IMG/VR virus record: IMGVR_UViG_2595698876_000001
Location: 3,428-67,427 of that record
From: a virus
Taxonomy: Duplodnaviria; Heunggongvirae; Uroviricota; Caudoviricetes; Herelleviridae
DNA length: 64,000 nt
Reading direction: 5' to 3' (one strand)
Part shown: positions 34,591 through 44,264 of the stretch, piece by piece
Layout of the letters: each line of letters starts with the position of its first letter
How positions within the stretch are numbered: position 1 is the first letter of the stretch
Made by a program: the position numbers and the translations under genes
The notes under the pieces: model-generated
Database searches by the model: none
What the model was told of the DNA's origin: nothing
Seen by the model: only the letters and a program-made list of their open reading frames with translations

Positions 34591-35376
34591 ATGGCGGATA
34601 AACCGTATATGTTGCAAGCCACCGCACAGGCTACACATAGATTACCAGACTTAGATAGCCACGTAGAGAACTTTGCTCAACGCGTTATGTGGGAGAAGTC
34701 GTATTTATGTCCTTGCCGGGATAAAGCAACAAGACAACCACAACAAAGCTGTAAAATCTGTCATGGTAGAGGTATCGCCTATCTACCTGCTAGAGAAATA
34801 GGTATGATGATTCAGTCCCAAGAGAAAGGTGTATTCAACGGGGACTTAGGATTAATCGATACTGGTTCCGCAATAGGTACACCAGAAAGAAAAACAAGAA
34901 TCGCATTCCGTGACAGAATCACCGTTACTAAAGCTGTTATATCACAGTCATTCATTTTCGATGCTACACCTAACCGAATAAAGCATGGATTCTACATGGT
35001 CTACGATGTGAAGAAAATCGAGTTCGTTACATCTATGAAAGGTGAACTATTAGAGGGACAAGATTACACGGTTGATTACAACAAGAATCTATTCTTCCCT
35101 AAAGAGCATCTAGACGGATACAACATATCGATTAATATCGACACTACATTACGATATCTAGTAGCTGACCTATTGAAAGAACATCGATATGTACGAGATA
35201 TGGATTACTCACAACACAATGCAGTTCAAAAGCTGTTACTAAAGCGTGAGGATATTTTCATCGAGAAAGAAGCATTCGAAGTTGGCGTTAATAATAAGGA
35301 AGTAGATACTATCATCGATGCGAAGCGTAAACCTAGCACAGATGGATTAAACGGGTTCTTCAAAGGGATTGGTTAA
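34591..35376 (+). CDS. head completion/neck protein
   Basis: WEKSYLCPC...CKICHGRG; synteny. Confidence 0.7.
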   Translation: MADKPYMLQATAQATHRLPDLDSHVENFAQRVMWEKSYLCPCRDKATRQPQQSCKICHGRGIAYLPAREIGMMIQSQEKGVFNGDLGLIDTGSAIGTPERKTRIAFRDRITVTKAVISQSFIFDATPNRIKHGFYMVYDVKKIEFVTSMKGELLEGQDYTVDYNKNLFFPKEHLDGYNISINIDTTLRYLVADLLKEHRYVRDMDYSQHNAVQKLLLKREDIFIEKEAFEVGVNNKEVDTIIDAKRKPSTDGLNGFFKGIG

Positions 35377-35378
35377 GA

Positions 35379-36011
35379 ATGGTTAGGAAGAACAATAGAA
35401 GACCTAGACTTTTCCAGAGTCAGTCACAGATGAAAAAGGCTCTTACCAATCTGGGAAATAATTTAAGTAATCAGGTTCTCGATGAAACCGCACAAGCTAT
35501 CGCTAAAAGCAAACCGCAAGGTATGGAAGTTAAAAGAAAGCCTAAGTACCTGCAAGTAACAGAAAAACGATTGGATTCTATGGGTGTCATCGACCTTAAG
35601 CCTTACTTCGCACAAAGCAGCAAGCGTAAAACAAGTAAGGATGGTGGATGGTACCTTACAGTTCCAATCAGACGGAAAGCAAGAGGCATGTCACGTAGGA
35701 TGTACGAACAACTACGGGCTATCGATATCCAACCGAACACACGTAAAACTGTTATATCCGACTACTTGTACGATAAGAGAGAATCATCTGATGCAGGTAT
35801 GTTAAATTACACTCCTACTTCTAACAACATCACGAAGATTAAAGTGGGAAATAATCGACATGACTATGTAGCATTTCGTACCGTATCAGATAAATCACCT
35901 GCTAGTAGCTGGATTGTGAACAGAGGTAAGGTAACCGTTAACAACACTTCTAAAACCTTTGTATCGAACGTTAACAGGCTTATGAAGTGGAATATGAAGA
36001 ACGGTGTTTAG
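35379..36011 (+). CDS. basic neck/tail completion protein
   Basis: GGWYLTVPIR, FRTVSDKSPASSW; synteny. Confidence 0.7.
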   Translation: MVRKNNRRPRLFQSQSQMKKALTNLGNNLSNQVLDETAQAIAKSKPQGMEVKRKPKYLQVTEKRLDSMGVIDLKPYFAQSSKRKTSKDGGWYLTVPIRRKARGMSRRMYEQLRAIDIQPNTRKTVISDYLYDKRESSDAGMLNYTPTSNNITKIKVGNNRHDYVAFRTVSDKSPASSWIVNRGKVTVNNTSKTFVSNVNRLMKWNMKNGV

Positions 36012-36033
36012 AGTTTAGAAAGGAGGAGAAAAT

Positions 36034-36906
36034 TTGTTATCTAGTATTGATACATACCTATATACCCAGATAGAAAGTACTCTGGGGAATTTGTTGACGA
36101 ACCGCTATATTATAGAAGAACTATTAAAAGAGGTTCAACCAACCGTAAGAGAAGCGTTTATCAAGGCTTATGTATATGACGAAAAACGTAACCCGGCTCC
36201 CCCGGAAATACCAATTGTATACACAATGCCGCAGGATAAACAAATGCTTCGAGGAGCCATTTATATCGGACTTAGAGAGGGAGAAGAATCCCACACTAGT
36301 ATCGGTAACCAAGAAAGTACATATGGCGCTCCATCAAGAGGATTATTATCCGAACAATCCACAATCACAGTAGACCAAACGAACGGAAAAATGTATTTAG
36401 AGGTTAGTAAGCCTATCGCAGATGTTGATAGCGTAACGGGTATTACATTCTCCAGTGGTGGACTTGAGTATGTGGGAAATAGAATGTACTTCGATTACAA
36501 TCCGGTGTTTGAAAATTTAGAACCTTTCACTGTGTGGTATGAAGCAGAATCAGAAAATCCGAACCGTAAAGACGAGTTTGGTATCCGCTCTGGTTTCACT
36601 ACAACAGAATACTATTCAGTTCTAGTACTCTCTACCAACATGAATACAGTAAGGTGCCTAGATTTATTGCTTAAAGCAGTACTCATCTATATGAGAAGTA
36701 CAGCAGAAGAGCATACGAACAACCTGTTACAAGGTGTAAAGTTCGGTCAAATAGACGAAATCAAAACAGGTGACGGTGCTGATGGCTCTTCTCCAGAAAT
36801 CCTATACGGACGAGAAACCATTATCAAGTACGTTACATCCTACAGTTTAGATGTTCCGATTGAAAATAAGATTAAGGAACTTTTAATAAATAGTAAATTC
36901 AATTAA
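36034..36906 (+). CDS. tail terminator/completion protein
   Basis: Synteny upstream of sheath; AGGAGG SD. Confidence 0.65.
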   Translation: MLSSIDTYLYTQIESTLGNLLTNRYIIEELLKEVQPTVREAFIKAYVYDEKRNPAPPEIPIVYTMPQDKQMLRGAIYIGLREGEESHTSIGNQESTYGAPSRGLLSEQSTITVDQTNGKMYLEVSKPIADVDSVTGITFSSGGLEYVGNRMYFDYNPVFENLEPFTVWYEAESENPNRKDEFGIRSGFTTTEYYSVLVLSTNMNTVRCLDLLLKAVLIYMRSTAEEHTNNLLQGVKFGQIDEIKTGDGADGSSPEILYGRETIIKYVTSYSLDVPIENKIKELLINSKFN

Positions 36907-36924
36907 TAGATTGGAGGTTTCATA

Positions 36925-37137
36925 GTGGAAAAGGAAGCTAAAGAAGTAAAGAAGACGAAAGTAGAACCGCTTAAACCCTATGTCCACATTGATACATTCA
37001 TCCAAACTGCGAAACACTTATACGGTTTAAGTGATACTCAATTGGCTGGATTCAAAGCATTAATGAATGGACAACACTATCAAAGAGATGAATTAATTTT
37101 CTTAGACAAACTTAAGCAACACTTTAATTTAAAATAA
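36925..37137 (+). CDS. hypothetical protein before sheath (70 aa)
   Basis: GGAGG SD. Confidence 0.7.
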   Translation: MEKEAKEVKKTKVEPLKPYVHIDTFIQTAKHLYGLSDTQLAGFKALMNGQHYQRDELIFLDKLKQHFNLK

Positions 37138-37165
37138 TCATACATAGGAAAGGAAGATTACATAT

Positions 37166-38875
37166 ATGGCAGTTTCATATGGTTTCAATAGAAAACGTCC
37201 ACGTACAGAAGTATTCTTGGACTCAACAGCTTTAGGTTCTGCTAACGCTCAAAGTGAAAAACCAATTATCATTCTTGGTTCAGCTTTAGATGGTAAACCT
37301 AACGAACCAGTAGAATTAACAAACTTAGCACAAGCTCGTACCGCATTCCGTGGTGGTGAGTTAGTAGATGCTATCGAGATGGCTTGGAACCCGGCATTAA
37401 GTCTTAGTGGTGCAGGTAAGATTTACGCAGTACGTACTGACGATGCAAAACAAGCTACACTGACAAATCTTGGATTGAAATTTACATCTAACGTATATGG
37501 CGCAGATGCAAACAACATTCAAATAGCATTATCAGATAACGCTTTAACAGGTTCTAAACGATTCACAGTTTACTTCACAAAAGAGAGTTACGAAAAAACA
37601 TACGATAACATCGGTAACATCTTCGACCTTACATATAAAGGCGCACAAAAAGCTAATGTAGAAGTAAAAGTAAACGCTACTACTAAACTAGCAGAGAAGT
37701 TAATCTTAAAGGTTGGCGCGGATACAGGGTCATTAGCAGAGGTTAAATCTTACGAGTTAGGTACAGGAGTCTTTGAGGACGTTAACACGCTTATCAACGA
37801 CATTAACAACCTACCAGACTTTAAAGCTTCTATGAACGGTCTAGGAGGCTATAAGAACGTTAAAACGCAATACTTTGACGTGATGGCTGCTAAAGACTTA
37901 GTAAAAGACACACCAGCACCAATCAAAGCTATCGCGGCTGACTTAGCTAACGTATTATCTTCTGACCGTTACGTAAGTGTTGAAGTAGATTTCACTAAAG
38001 GTATCCCTGCTACAATCCCAGTAACTAGTTTAGCTGGAGGTTCAACAGGAACGGTTCCTACTTCTTGGGCTAACTTATTCCTTAAAGTAGCAGACGTTGG
38101 TGGTTACTACATCGTACCATTAACAGCAAGTGAATCTATCCATGCAGAGCTTTCTCACTTCTTACGTACAGAATCTAACTCTGGTAACCAGTTACGCGGA
38201 TTCGTTGGCGGCGGCTTAGATGAGACATTCGAAAGCCTTAAAGCACGTCAAGCAAACATCCGTAACGCTCGTGTTGCCCTTGTAGGTGACGATGTAGTTC
38301 GTCGTATGGCGGATGGTCGAGTATACAAAGCTCCGGGTTACATGTACGCAGCACAAGTAGCAGGTTTAGCAAGTGGACTAGCTGTAGGTGAACCGATTAC
38401 TTACAAGAAAATGAACATCGAGTCATTAGGTAAGAAATACATCGGTGAGCAATTAGACCAATTGGATGCATCAGGGGTAGTAATGTCCGAGTTCGTTCGT
38501 AACCGTAAAGGTTCAACTTACCGTATCGTTTCTGACCCGACTACATACAACCGTATTGATGAGCCTGTACAAAACCGTATCTCTTTAGGAGAGGTTTCTG
38601 ACTTCTTAACTACAGAGTTACGTACAGTACTTGATGAAGAATTTATCGGGACTCGTATCCGTAACACTTCTGCATCTATCATCAAGAACCGTATCGAGTC
38701 ATTCTTAGATGTCCAAAAGAACGTAGACGGTTTAATCGTTAACTACAGCCCAGAAGACATCCAAGTAGTTATCAACGGTAACACAGCAATCATCAACATC
38801 GCTGTACAACCAACACAAGGATTAGACTACATTAACGTGTACCTATCTTACAAAGATAACCACTTATCAGCATAA
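37166..38875 (+). CDS. contractile tail sheath protein
   Basis: RKRPRTEVFLD, FRGGEL.DAIE.AWNP, IGEP.TFK-like and SVGE..DFL motifs; no intein. Confidence 0.95.
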   Translation: MAVSYGFNRKRPRTEVFLDSTALGSANAQSEKPIIILGSALDGKPNEPVELTNLAQARTAFRGGELVDAIEMAWNPALSLSGAGKIYAVRTDDAKQATLTNLGLKFTSNVYGADANNIQIALSDNALTGSKRFTVYFTKESYEKTYDNIGNIFDLTYKGAQKANVEVKVNATTKLAEKLILKVGADTGSLAEVKSYELGTGVFEDVNTLINDINNLPDFKASMNGLGGYKNVKTQYFDVMAAKDLVKDTPAPIKAIAADLANVLSSDRYVSVEVDFTKGIPATIPVTSLAGGSTGTVPTSWANLFLKVADVGGYYIVPLTASESIHAELSHFLRTESNSGNQLRGFVGGGLDETFESLKARQANIRNARVALVGDDVVRRMADGRVYKAPGYMYAAQVAGLASGLAVGEPITYKKMNIESLGKKYIGEQLDQLDASGVVMSEFVRNRKGSTYRIVSDPTTYNRIDEPVQNRISLGEVSDFLTTELRTVLDEEFIGTRIRNTSASIIKNRIESFLDVQKNVDGLIVNYSPEDIQVVINGNTAIINIAVQPTQGLDYINVYLSYKDNHLSA

Positions 38876-38960
38876 TCGGGAGGTGTAACGTAATTTCCAA
38901 TAGTTGAGGAAAAAACGTTACACCCTCTACTAAAATTTAATAATAGGAGTGAATGAATAT

Positions 38961-39389
38961 ATGGCAAGTTTAGCTAACCAAACTGTCCAATCGGCAAATA
39001 CCGTGTACTTCATGATTAAGAACGTTCCGATTGCCCGCGCTCAATCCATCAGCTCTGAACGTTCATTCGGTACTCAAGGTGTTTACCAAATTGGTTCCAT
39101 CATGCCACAAGAACACGTATACTTACGTTATGAAGGTTCTGTAACGGTAGAACGCTTCCGAATGAAGAAAGAGAACTTAGCTTCTCTAGGGTTCGCAGCA
39201 CTAGGCGAAGAAGTTTTACAAATGGATATCATGGACATTGTACTATACGATAACTTAACACAAGAAGTAGTAATCGCGTATCGTGGTTGCTCTATCGACA
39301 GCTACAATGAAAGTGTTAACGTTGGTGAAATCAGTTCAGAGACAGCTCGTTTCTACTTCTTAACTTCTGCTAACGTTCGTAGCGCATAA
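38961..39389 (+). CDS. tail tube protein
   Basis: MASLANQTVQSANTVYFMIK...GVYQIGSIMPQEHVYL; start moved to MASL. Confidence 0.93.
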   Translation: MASLANQTVQSANTVYFMIKNVPIARAQSISSERSFGTQGVYQIGSIMPQEHVYLRYEGSVTVERFRMKKENLASLGFAALGEEVLQMDIMDIVLYDNLTQEVVIAYRGCSIDSYNESVNVGEISSETARFYFLTSANVRSA

Positions 39390-39394
39390 TAATT

Positions 39395-39424
39395 AAGAGA
39401 CTATTAATTTAGTCTCTTTTTTTG
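39395..39424 (+). terminator. intrinsic terminator after tube gene
   Basis: AAGAGACTA/TAGTCTCTT followed by T run. Confidence 0.85.
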
Positions 39425-39452
39425 TTGACATTTTTTAGAAGCTATGTATACT
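39425..39452 (+). promoter_or_regulatory. sigmaA-type promoter inside tail module
   Basis: TTGACA-16-TATACT. Confidence 0.65.
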
Positions 39453-39473
39453 AAAAGTAAAGGAGGAGATAAT

Positions 39474-39746
39474 ATGAAGAAGCCAACGAAATTAGTTAAG
39501 TACATTGCGGACAAGCTGTTACCAGACAACGCGAAAATTACATACTTCGATAGCCTAATCATCTACTTGGAGGATAGTTACGGATGTGAGTTCGTTATAA
39601 AGGTAGTTACAACACCTCACACTATTAGAGCATTTCTATATCATTGCGACTATACTTACGATGATGAGTGTTACCTAGTGCAACACGAAACATACATTAA
39701 AGGAATGACGTTTACAATTACACAAATCAAGGAGGAATTGAAATGA
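39474..39746 (+). CDS. hypothetical protein (~90 aa)
   Basis: AGGAGG SD before MKKPT. Confidence 0.7.
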   Translation: MKKPTKLVKYIADKLLPDNAKITYFDSLIIYLEDSYGCEFVIKVVTTPHTIRAFLYHCDYTYDDECYLVQHETYIKGMTFTITQIKEELK

Positions 39747-40261
39747 GTCATATCGATAGAATGAGAGATTTAATGAGACAAGCTAGTTTCCATCAACTAT
39801 ACGGAGAAGTATCAGCACCAAAAAATATTAAGATGTATAAGAACACAGAAGTAAACACAGAAGAGGCTAAAAAGAAACTAAAACTATACTTTGATATTGA
39901 CGGTAAGATGCGAGAGGACGAACGGAAATTCCACGACCAATTTAGGGAATGGTCAAACTCAATAGCGATGAAAATGACAGAAATGCGAGATATGAAGTTT
40001 CGTAAATGGTTGTATACCGTTGTACTTTCTGACTTCGGTTATGACTTCATTGGTTGTAAAATGGAAAGTGTCGAACCTAACCACATTAGGTTGACTAATG
40101 TATTATCCGATGATTCCTTAGATTTATATGTAGAGCGTACAGAGGTAGAAAACTTAACTAACCAGTGGATGGAGTTACAATGGGAACTACACCAAAAAGG
40201 CGAAAAAATAAAAGAAGGTAGAGATTTTTTGAATATGGAGATTAAACTAGTCCATAATTAA
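39743..40261 (+). CDS. hypothetical protein (172 aa)
   Basis: GGAGG SD; ATGA overlap. Confidence 0.75.
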   Translation: MSHIDRMRDLMRQASFHQLYGEVSAPKNIKMYKNTEVNTEEAKKKLKLYFDIDGKMREDERKFHDQFREWSNSIAMKMTEMRDMKFRKWLYTVVLSDFGYDFIGCKMESVEPNHIRLTNVLSDDSLDLYVERTEVENLTNQWMELQWELHQKGEKIKEGRDFLNMEIKLVHN

Positions 40262-40308
40262 TATATTAAAAAAATGTTACAAGAAGCTGTCGTAATGATG
40301 GCTTCTTT

Positions 40309-40318
40309 TGTTATATTA
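40309..40318 (+). promoter_or_regulatory. late-promoter motif
   Basis: TGTTATATTA; implies true start at ATG 40346. Confidence 0.7.
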
Positions 40319-40345
40319 TATGTATGTTCAGAAAGGAGTGAAGTC

Positions 40346-42718
40346 ATGTCTAGTCCGTATCATGCTGCATTTAGAAATGGGATGTACACAGGACAAAATG
40401 AGGATTTATTTAGGCACCTAGAACTAGACTTGTTAAAAGCAATCAAAAAAGTAAACGGAATTACACCGGATGAAAACGGTAATATCAACATACCTGTCGG
40501 GGGTAGCTCTGAACTAGCACATTTAGAAGATGTTAGTTTGGTAGGTATGACCGATAAAGATGTTCTTACATATGACTCCGCTTTAGGTAAATGGGTTCCA
40601 GCACCGAATCAAGGTAAAGCTTCTTCATATATCTTAGAGTTAAATAAGTGGGGTATAAGTAATGTAGGAACAAATGCAACATCGACAACTACAGGAATTA
40701 ACAACGCATTAGATTGGGCTAGTAGGAATGGTTTTACAGATGTAGTATTCCCTAAAGGAACCTACCTTATTAGCAAGGATAGTGCGGTAAAACCTGTAGA
40801 TTATTTAACAATAGATTTAAACGGAGCTACACTAAAGAAGGAAGCGAACAACCTTCAAACATACAGCGTAGTTAGTTTTAAGCATAACCAGAAATACGTA
40901 ACAATTAAGAATGGTAAAATAGTAGGTGACAAAGACTTACACGACTATAGTAGTGGCGGAACGCATGAAGGTGGATACGGTATAGAGTTAGGTAGTTTTT
41001 CTCCTCCAGCAGATGGTGGCAATAACTTACGATTTATTGTATTAGAAAATTTAGAAATATCTGATTTTACAGGAGATTCTATCACACTGAATAGTTCCTT
41101 TGGTCAGATTCTACCTACACCTACAAACCTAGCATCATCATGGGAACTAGGAACGATAAGCAATACAGATGGTACTCTTGCTGCTAGTACAACTAAAATC
41201 CGTTCAACATTAAAGTTCGATATGACGCAGCCACTTATTACAAAATATAAATATTTCGGTTTATATGGAAATGGATATGGTGGATTAGGCTCTGATATTA
41301 AATGTGATTACTACGATGTAATTTTCTATAAATCGAACGACACATTTATATCTTCTGCTAAGAGTGTGCAGTTCTTCGATGAAGTAGAAGTACCAACTGG
41401 AGCAAGTTACGCAAGAGTCGTACTTCACCAATCTAACGTACCTGTAGCAGCTAACTGTACAATAAATGTGCGCGTCCCTACTTTTGCACAGTTCGTGTAC
41501 ATAAACAAGTGCGACTTACACCATAATAGAAGACAAGGTATATCTGTTTGTGGAGCGAAAAACCTTTACATAGATGGAAACCAGATACATCATATTTCGG
41601 GTGTAGACCCACAATCCGGAATAGATATAGAAGATGGATACGACCTAAACCAGATGATACACATTAATAAAAACTTCTTCTACAGCAATGAGAAGTACAA
41701 CATCATCGTGGTTAACGGTAAGAACATCTTTGTTAAAGACAATGTATTGTTACCTCCTACTAACAGCGGGTACGTAAGTTTAGCGATAAACGGTGGAGCA
41801 GATAAAGTCGTAGCTACAGGTAATATCATTAGATTTAGTAAGGTTACCCTGTTCGGTGAAGTTTTATTCGCTAACAATTACATGTACGGATGTCAGGTTA
41901 CATCTACTGTAGCATACGCAACAAAACAAACGAAGATAGAAGGATGTACATTCCATAACTGTAAATACGTATCAGATAACCCATATCCATTCTCTGTTAC
42001 TGTAGATAACTGTTCATTCTTCAACGATGTGGATAAGCTAAATGCGTTATCAACTAGCATCCAATGGACGTTAGAAGTAAAACAAGAGCCGCAATCCTTT
42101 GTTAACTGTATCTTTCAAGGTAAAGATGTAAACTACTTGACTTACGTAGGTAGCGCTGCATCATTTAAACAAGGTTGGATATTCCAGAACTGTAAGTTTA
42201 AAAATACAAAAGACACTGGGTTACTTTGCGGTACATACGTTAACTGTGATTTCACTGAATTAAGCACATTCATGAATATATCCAGAAATACGGATGCTAC
42301 GAACTCCCTAGAATTAGTTAACTGTAACTTCTCTTCTACAGATGGTAACAACGCTCTATTAACTGTTACACAATTAAAATCATTCATCATGAAGGGTTGT
42401 AAAGTAGATAAGACTAGTGGATTCATTATCACAGTTCAGAACGTTAATGACGAAGTATTCATAACAGATAATATCCTTAAACAAACAAACGACGCATTAC
42501 CTAGAGCTATGGTTACAGTTGAGGCGACTTTCACAGGTAGCGCAATCATCATGAAGGATAATTACTTCCGGGCAAAGAACAATTCTCAAGTTGCTATAAA
42601 TGATTTAACAACAAATACACCAGCTTTTGTAATACAAAATAACGTCCTAAACAAAGCTACAATCAATAGTAGCAGCACATTAAAATCTAACAATGTAGTT
42701 AACGGAGTAGTGCAGTAA
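40346..42718 (+). CDS. beta-helix (pectin-lyase-like) spike/depolymerase candidate (790 aa)
   Basis: INNALDWA...VVFPKGTYLI pectate-lyase-type start; HHNRRQGISV, SGIDIE repeats; AAGGAG SD. Confidence 0.75.
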   Translation: MSSPYHAAFRNGMYTGQNEDLFRHLELDLLKAIKKVNGITPDENGNINIPVGGSSELAHLEDVSLVGMTDKDVLTYDSALGKWVPAPNQGKASSYILELNKWGISNVGTNATSTTTGINNALDWASRNGFTDVVFPKGTYLISKDSAVKPVDYLTIDLNGATLKKEANNLQTYSVVSFKHNQKYVTIKNGKIVGDKDLHDYSSGGTHEGGYGIELGSFSPPADGGNNLRFIVLENLEISDFTGDSITLNSSFGQILPTPTNLASSWELGTISNTDGTLAASTTKIRSTLKFDMTQPLITKYKYFGLYGNGYGGLGSDIKCDYYDVIFYKSNDTFISSAKSVQFFDEVEVPTGASYARVVLHQSNVPVAANCTINVRVPTFAQFVYINKCDLHHNRRQGISVCGAKNLYIDGNQIHHISGVDPQSGIDIEDGYDLNQMIHINKNFFYSNEKYNIIVVNGKNIFVKDNVLLPPTNSGYVSLAINGGADKVVATGNIIRFSKVTLFGEVLFANNYMYGCQVTSTVAYATKQTKIEGCTFHNCKYVSDNPYPFSVTVDNCSFFNDVDKLNALSTSIQWTLEVKQEPQSFVNCIFQGKDVNYLTYVGSAASFKQGWIFQNCKFKNTKDTGLLCGTYVNCDFTELSTFMNISRNTDATNSLELVNCNFSSTDGNNALLTVTQLKSFIMKGCKVDKTSGFIITVQNVNDEVFITDNILKQTNDALPRAMVTVEATFTGSAIIMKDNYFRAKNNSQVAINDLTTNTPAFVIQNNVLNKATINSSSTLKSNNVVNGVVQ

Positions 42719-42859
42719 TATACGCGCTACTCTTTTCTTATTGACTTAAAGTTTATTACAATACCTTTACAATTTCTTTACATCCAATGATTTCCTGTAC
42801 ATTTGTGTTACATTAGTAAGTATAAGCAATACAAATATAATGTAGAGGAGAACGAATTA

Positions 42860-43474
42860 ATGAAAACATTGAGGAATATTGTAACAACATTAGCAATCGG
42901 TACAGGAATTTTGTTCGTGGGAGGTCACAGCGCACAAGCAAGTGAGACAAGCGTAGTAGATTACCTATACCAAAAAGGGGAAGACCACAGCTTCTCAAAT
43001 CGTAGTGAACTAGCTTCTAATTACGGAATCGTTAACTACACAGGAACAGCGCAACAAAATATTAATCTATTATCGTTACTAAAAGGTAACACAGGAGAAG
43101 TAGTACATACGCAAGCTCCGGTTCAAGCGGAACCTAAGAAAGAAGTAGCTGCTCAAAAACCACAAGGTAAAACAATTACAGTTCTAGCTACAGCATACAC
43201 AGCAGACCCAGCAGAGAATGGCGGTACATACGATGGCGTAGTTAAAACAGCAATGGGGCATAACTTATCTGCAAACCCTAGTATGAAAATGGTCGCAGTT
43301 GACCCTAGAGTAATTCCACTTGGTTCTCGTATCTATGTAGAAGGATATGGTGAAGCAATCGCGGGAGATACTGGTGGAGCAATCAAAGGTAATCGAATCG
43401 ATGTATTGATGCCATCTAAATCTCAATCTAGCGACTGGGGAAGAAAAACAGTACAAGTTACAATCCTAAACTAA
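42860..43474 (+). CDS. secreted 3D-domain (YocH-like) cell-wall hydrolase
   Basis: Signal peptide ending AQA; SVVDYL...NYTGTAQQN domain (DUF3597-like); ATAY...VAVDPRVIPLGS...DTGGAIKGNRIDV. Confidence 0.88.
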   Translation: MKTLRNIVTTLAIGTGILFVGGHSAQASETSVVDYLYQKGEDHSFSNRSELASNYGIVNYTGTAQQNINLLSLLKGNTGEVVHTQAPVQAEPKKEVAAQKPQGKTITVLATAYTADPAENGGTYDGVVKTAMGHNLSANPSMKMVAVDPRVIPLGSRIYVEGYGEAIAGDTGGAIKGNRIDVLMPSKSQSSDWGRKTVQVTILN

Positions 43475-43486
43475 TAGACTATTAAG

Positions 43487-43518
43487 TAGACACGAAAAAT
43501 AATCGTGTCTATTTTTTT
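43487..43518 (+). terminator. intrinsic terminator
   Basis: TAGACACGA/TCGTGTCTA followed by T run. Confidence 0.85.
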
Positions 43519-43527
43519 ATTTTATTG

Positions 43528-43556
43528 TTGACTTTTGGGAAATGCCTAATTATACT
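43528..43556 (+). promoter_or_regulatory. sigmaA-type promoter
   Basis: TTGACT-17-TATACT. Confidence 0.75.
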
Positions 43557-43587
43557 AAAGCTATCAAATGACAAGGAGATGCATAAA

Positions 43588-44256
43588 ATGACATCAACAT
43601 TTACAGAAAGACAAGCTATAGAGAGAATGATGAATTATATCGAAGAGGAGCGCGCTCGTTTATATACAGAGTACGTAAAGAACTTAGATAGATTAAGAGA
43701 GTTAGACGACATTGATAGAATGAGTGAACAAGCTGCTAAAGTAGACGAGGTTATGTCAGAAGCTTACGAGCGCCCAATGGTATCTATCGAAGATGTAGAA
43801 CAAGCTAATAAGAACGCAAGAGAAGAGTTCAGAAAAATAATCCCGGAAGTTATGGAAGAAATAAAAGCTCATTTCGATAAGATGAAGGAAGAAGAAAAAG
43901 AGCAACGAGATAACGACTTCCAACCTACAAACTTATGTAACGAAGTTGAGCAATATCTTCCGCCTCTTAACGTGGACGAGCCTAAAGAAAAACCTTCTGC
44001 TGGTCTTGAACCCGATAAGTTAGAAATGAGAAAGACACTTATGAGAGGTAGTACAAACGATAACAAAGTCGTTGCTCAATTCGCTAAAGTGATTCTTAAA
44101 GAGAATATTGAACCAATGAAATCCAAAGACTTAGTTACAGCTCTAAACAAAGCAGGAATCCAAATGAACCATCCAAATGAAACATTAAGACAAATTAGAA
44201 CATACGAACCAACAATCAAGAACGTAGCTCATGGTTACTATCAATATGTTAAGTAA
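43588..44256 (+). CDS. Rok-like nucleoid-associated/silencer protein (222 aa)
   Basis: N-terminal FTERQAI...LRELD coiled coil and C-terminal winged-helix-like domain ending PTIKNVAHGYY resemble recalled B. subtilis Rok; AAGGAG SD. Confidence 0.6.
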   Translation: MTSTFTERQAIERMMNYIEEERARLYTEYVKNLDRLRELDDIDRMSEQAAKVDEVMSEAYERPMVSIEDVEQANKNAREEFRKIIPEVMEEIKAHFDKMKEEEKEQRDNDFQPTNLCNEVEQYLPPLNVDEPKEKPSAGLEPDKLEMRKTLMRGSTNDNKVVAQFAKVILKENIEPMKSKDLVTALNKAGIQMNHPNETLRQIRTYEPTIKNVAHGYYQYVK

Positions 44257-44264
44257 TTTGCTAG

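Noticed and set aside
40274-43587. Longest-ORF starts at 40274, 42803 and 43525
   Set aside because: They lack SD sites and overlap promoter motifs; 40346, 42860 and 43588 have proper SD spacing.
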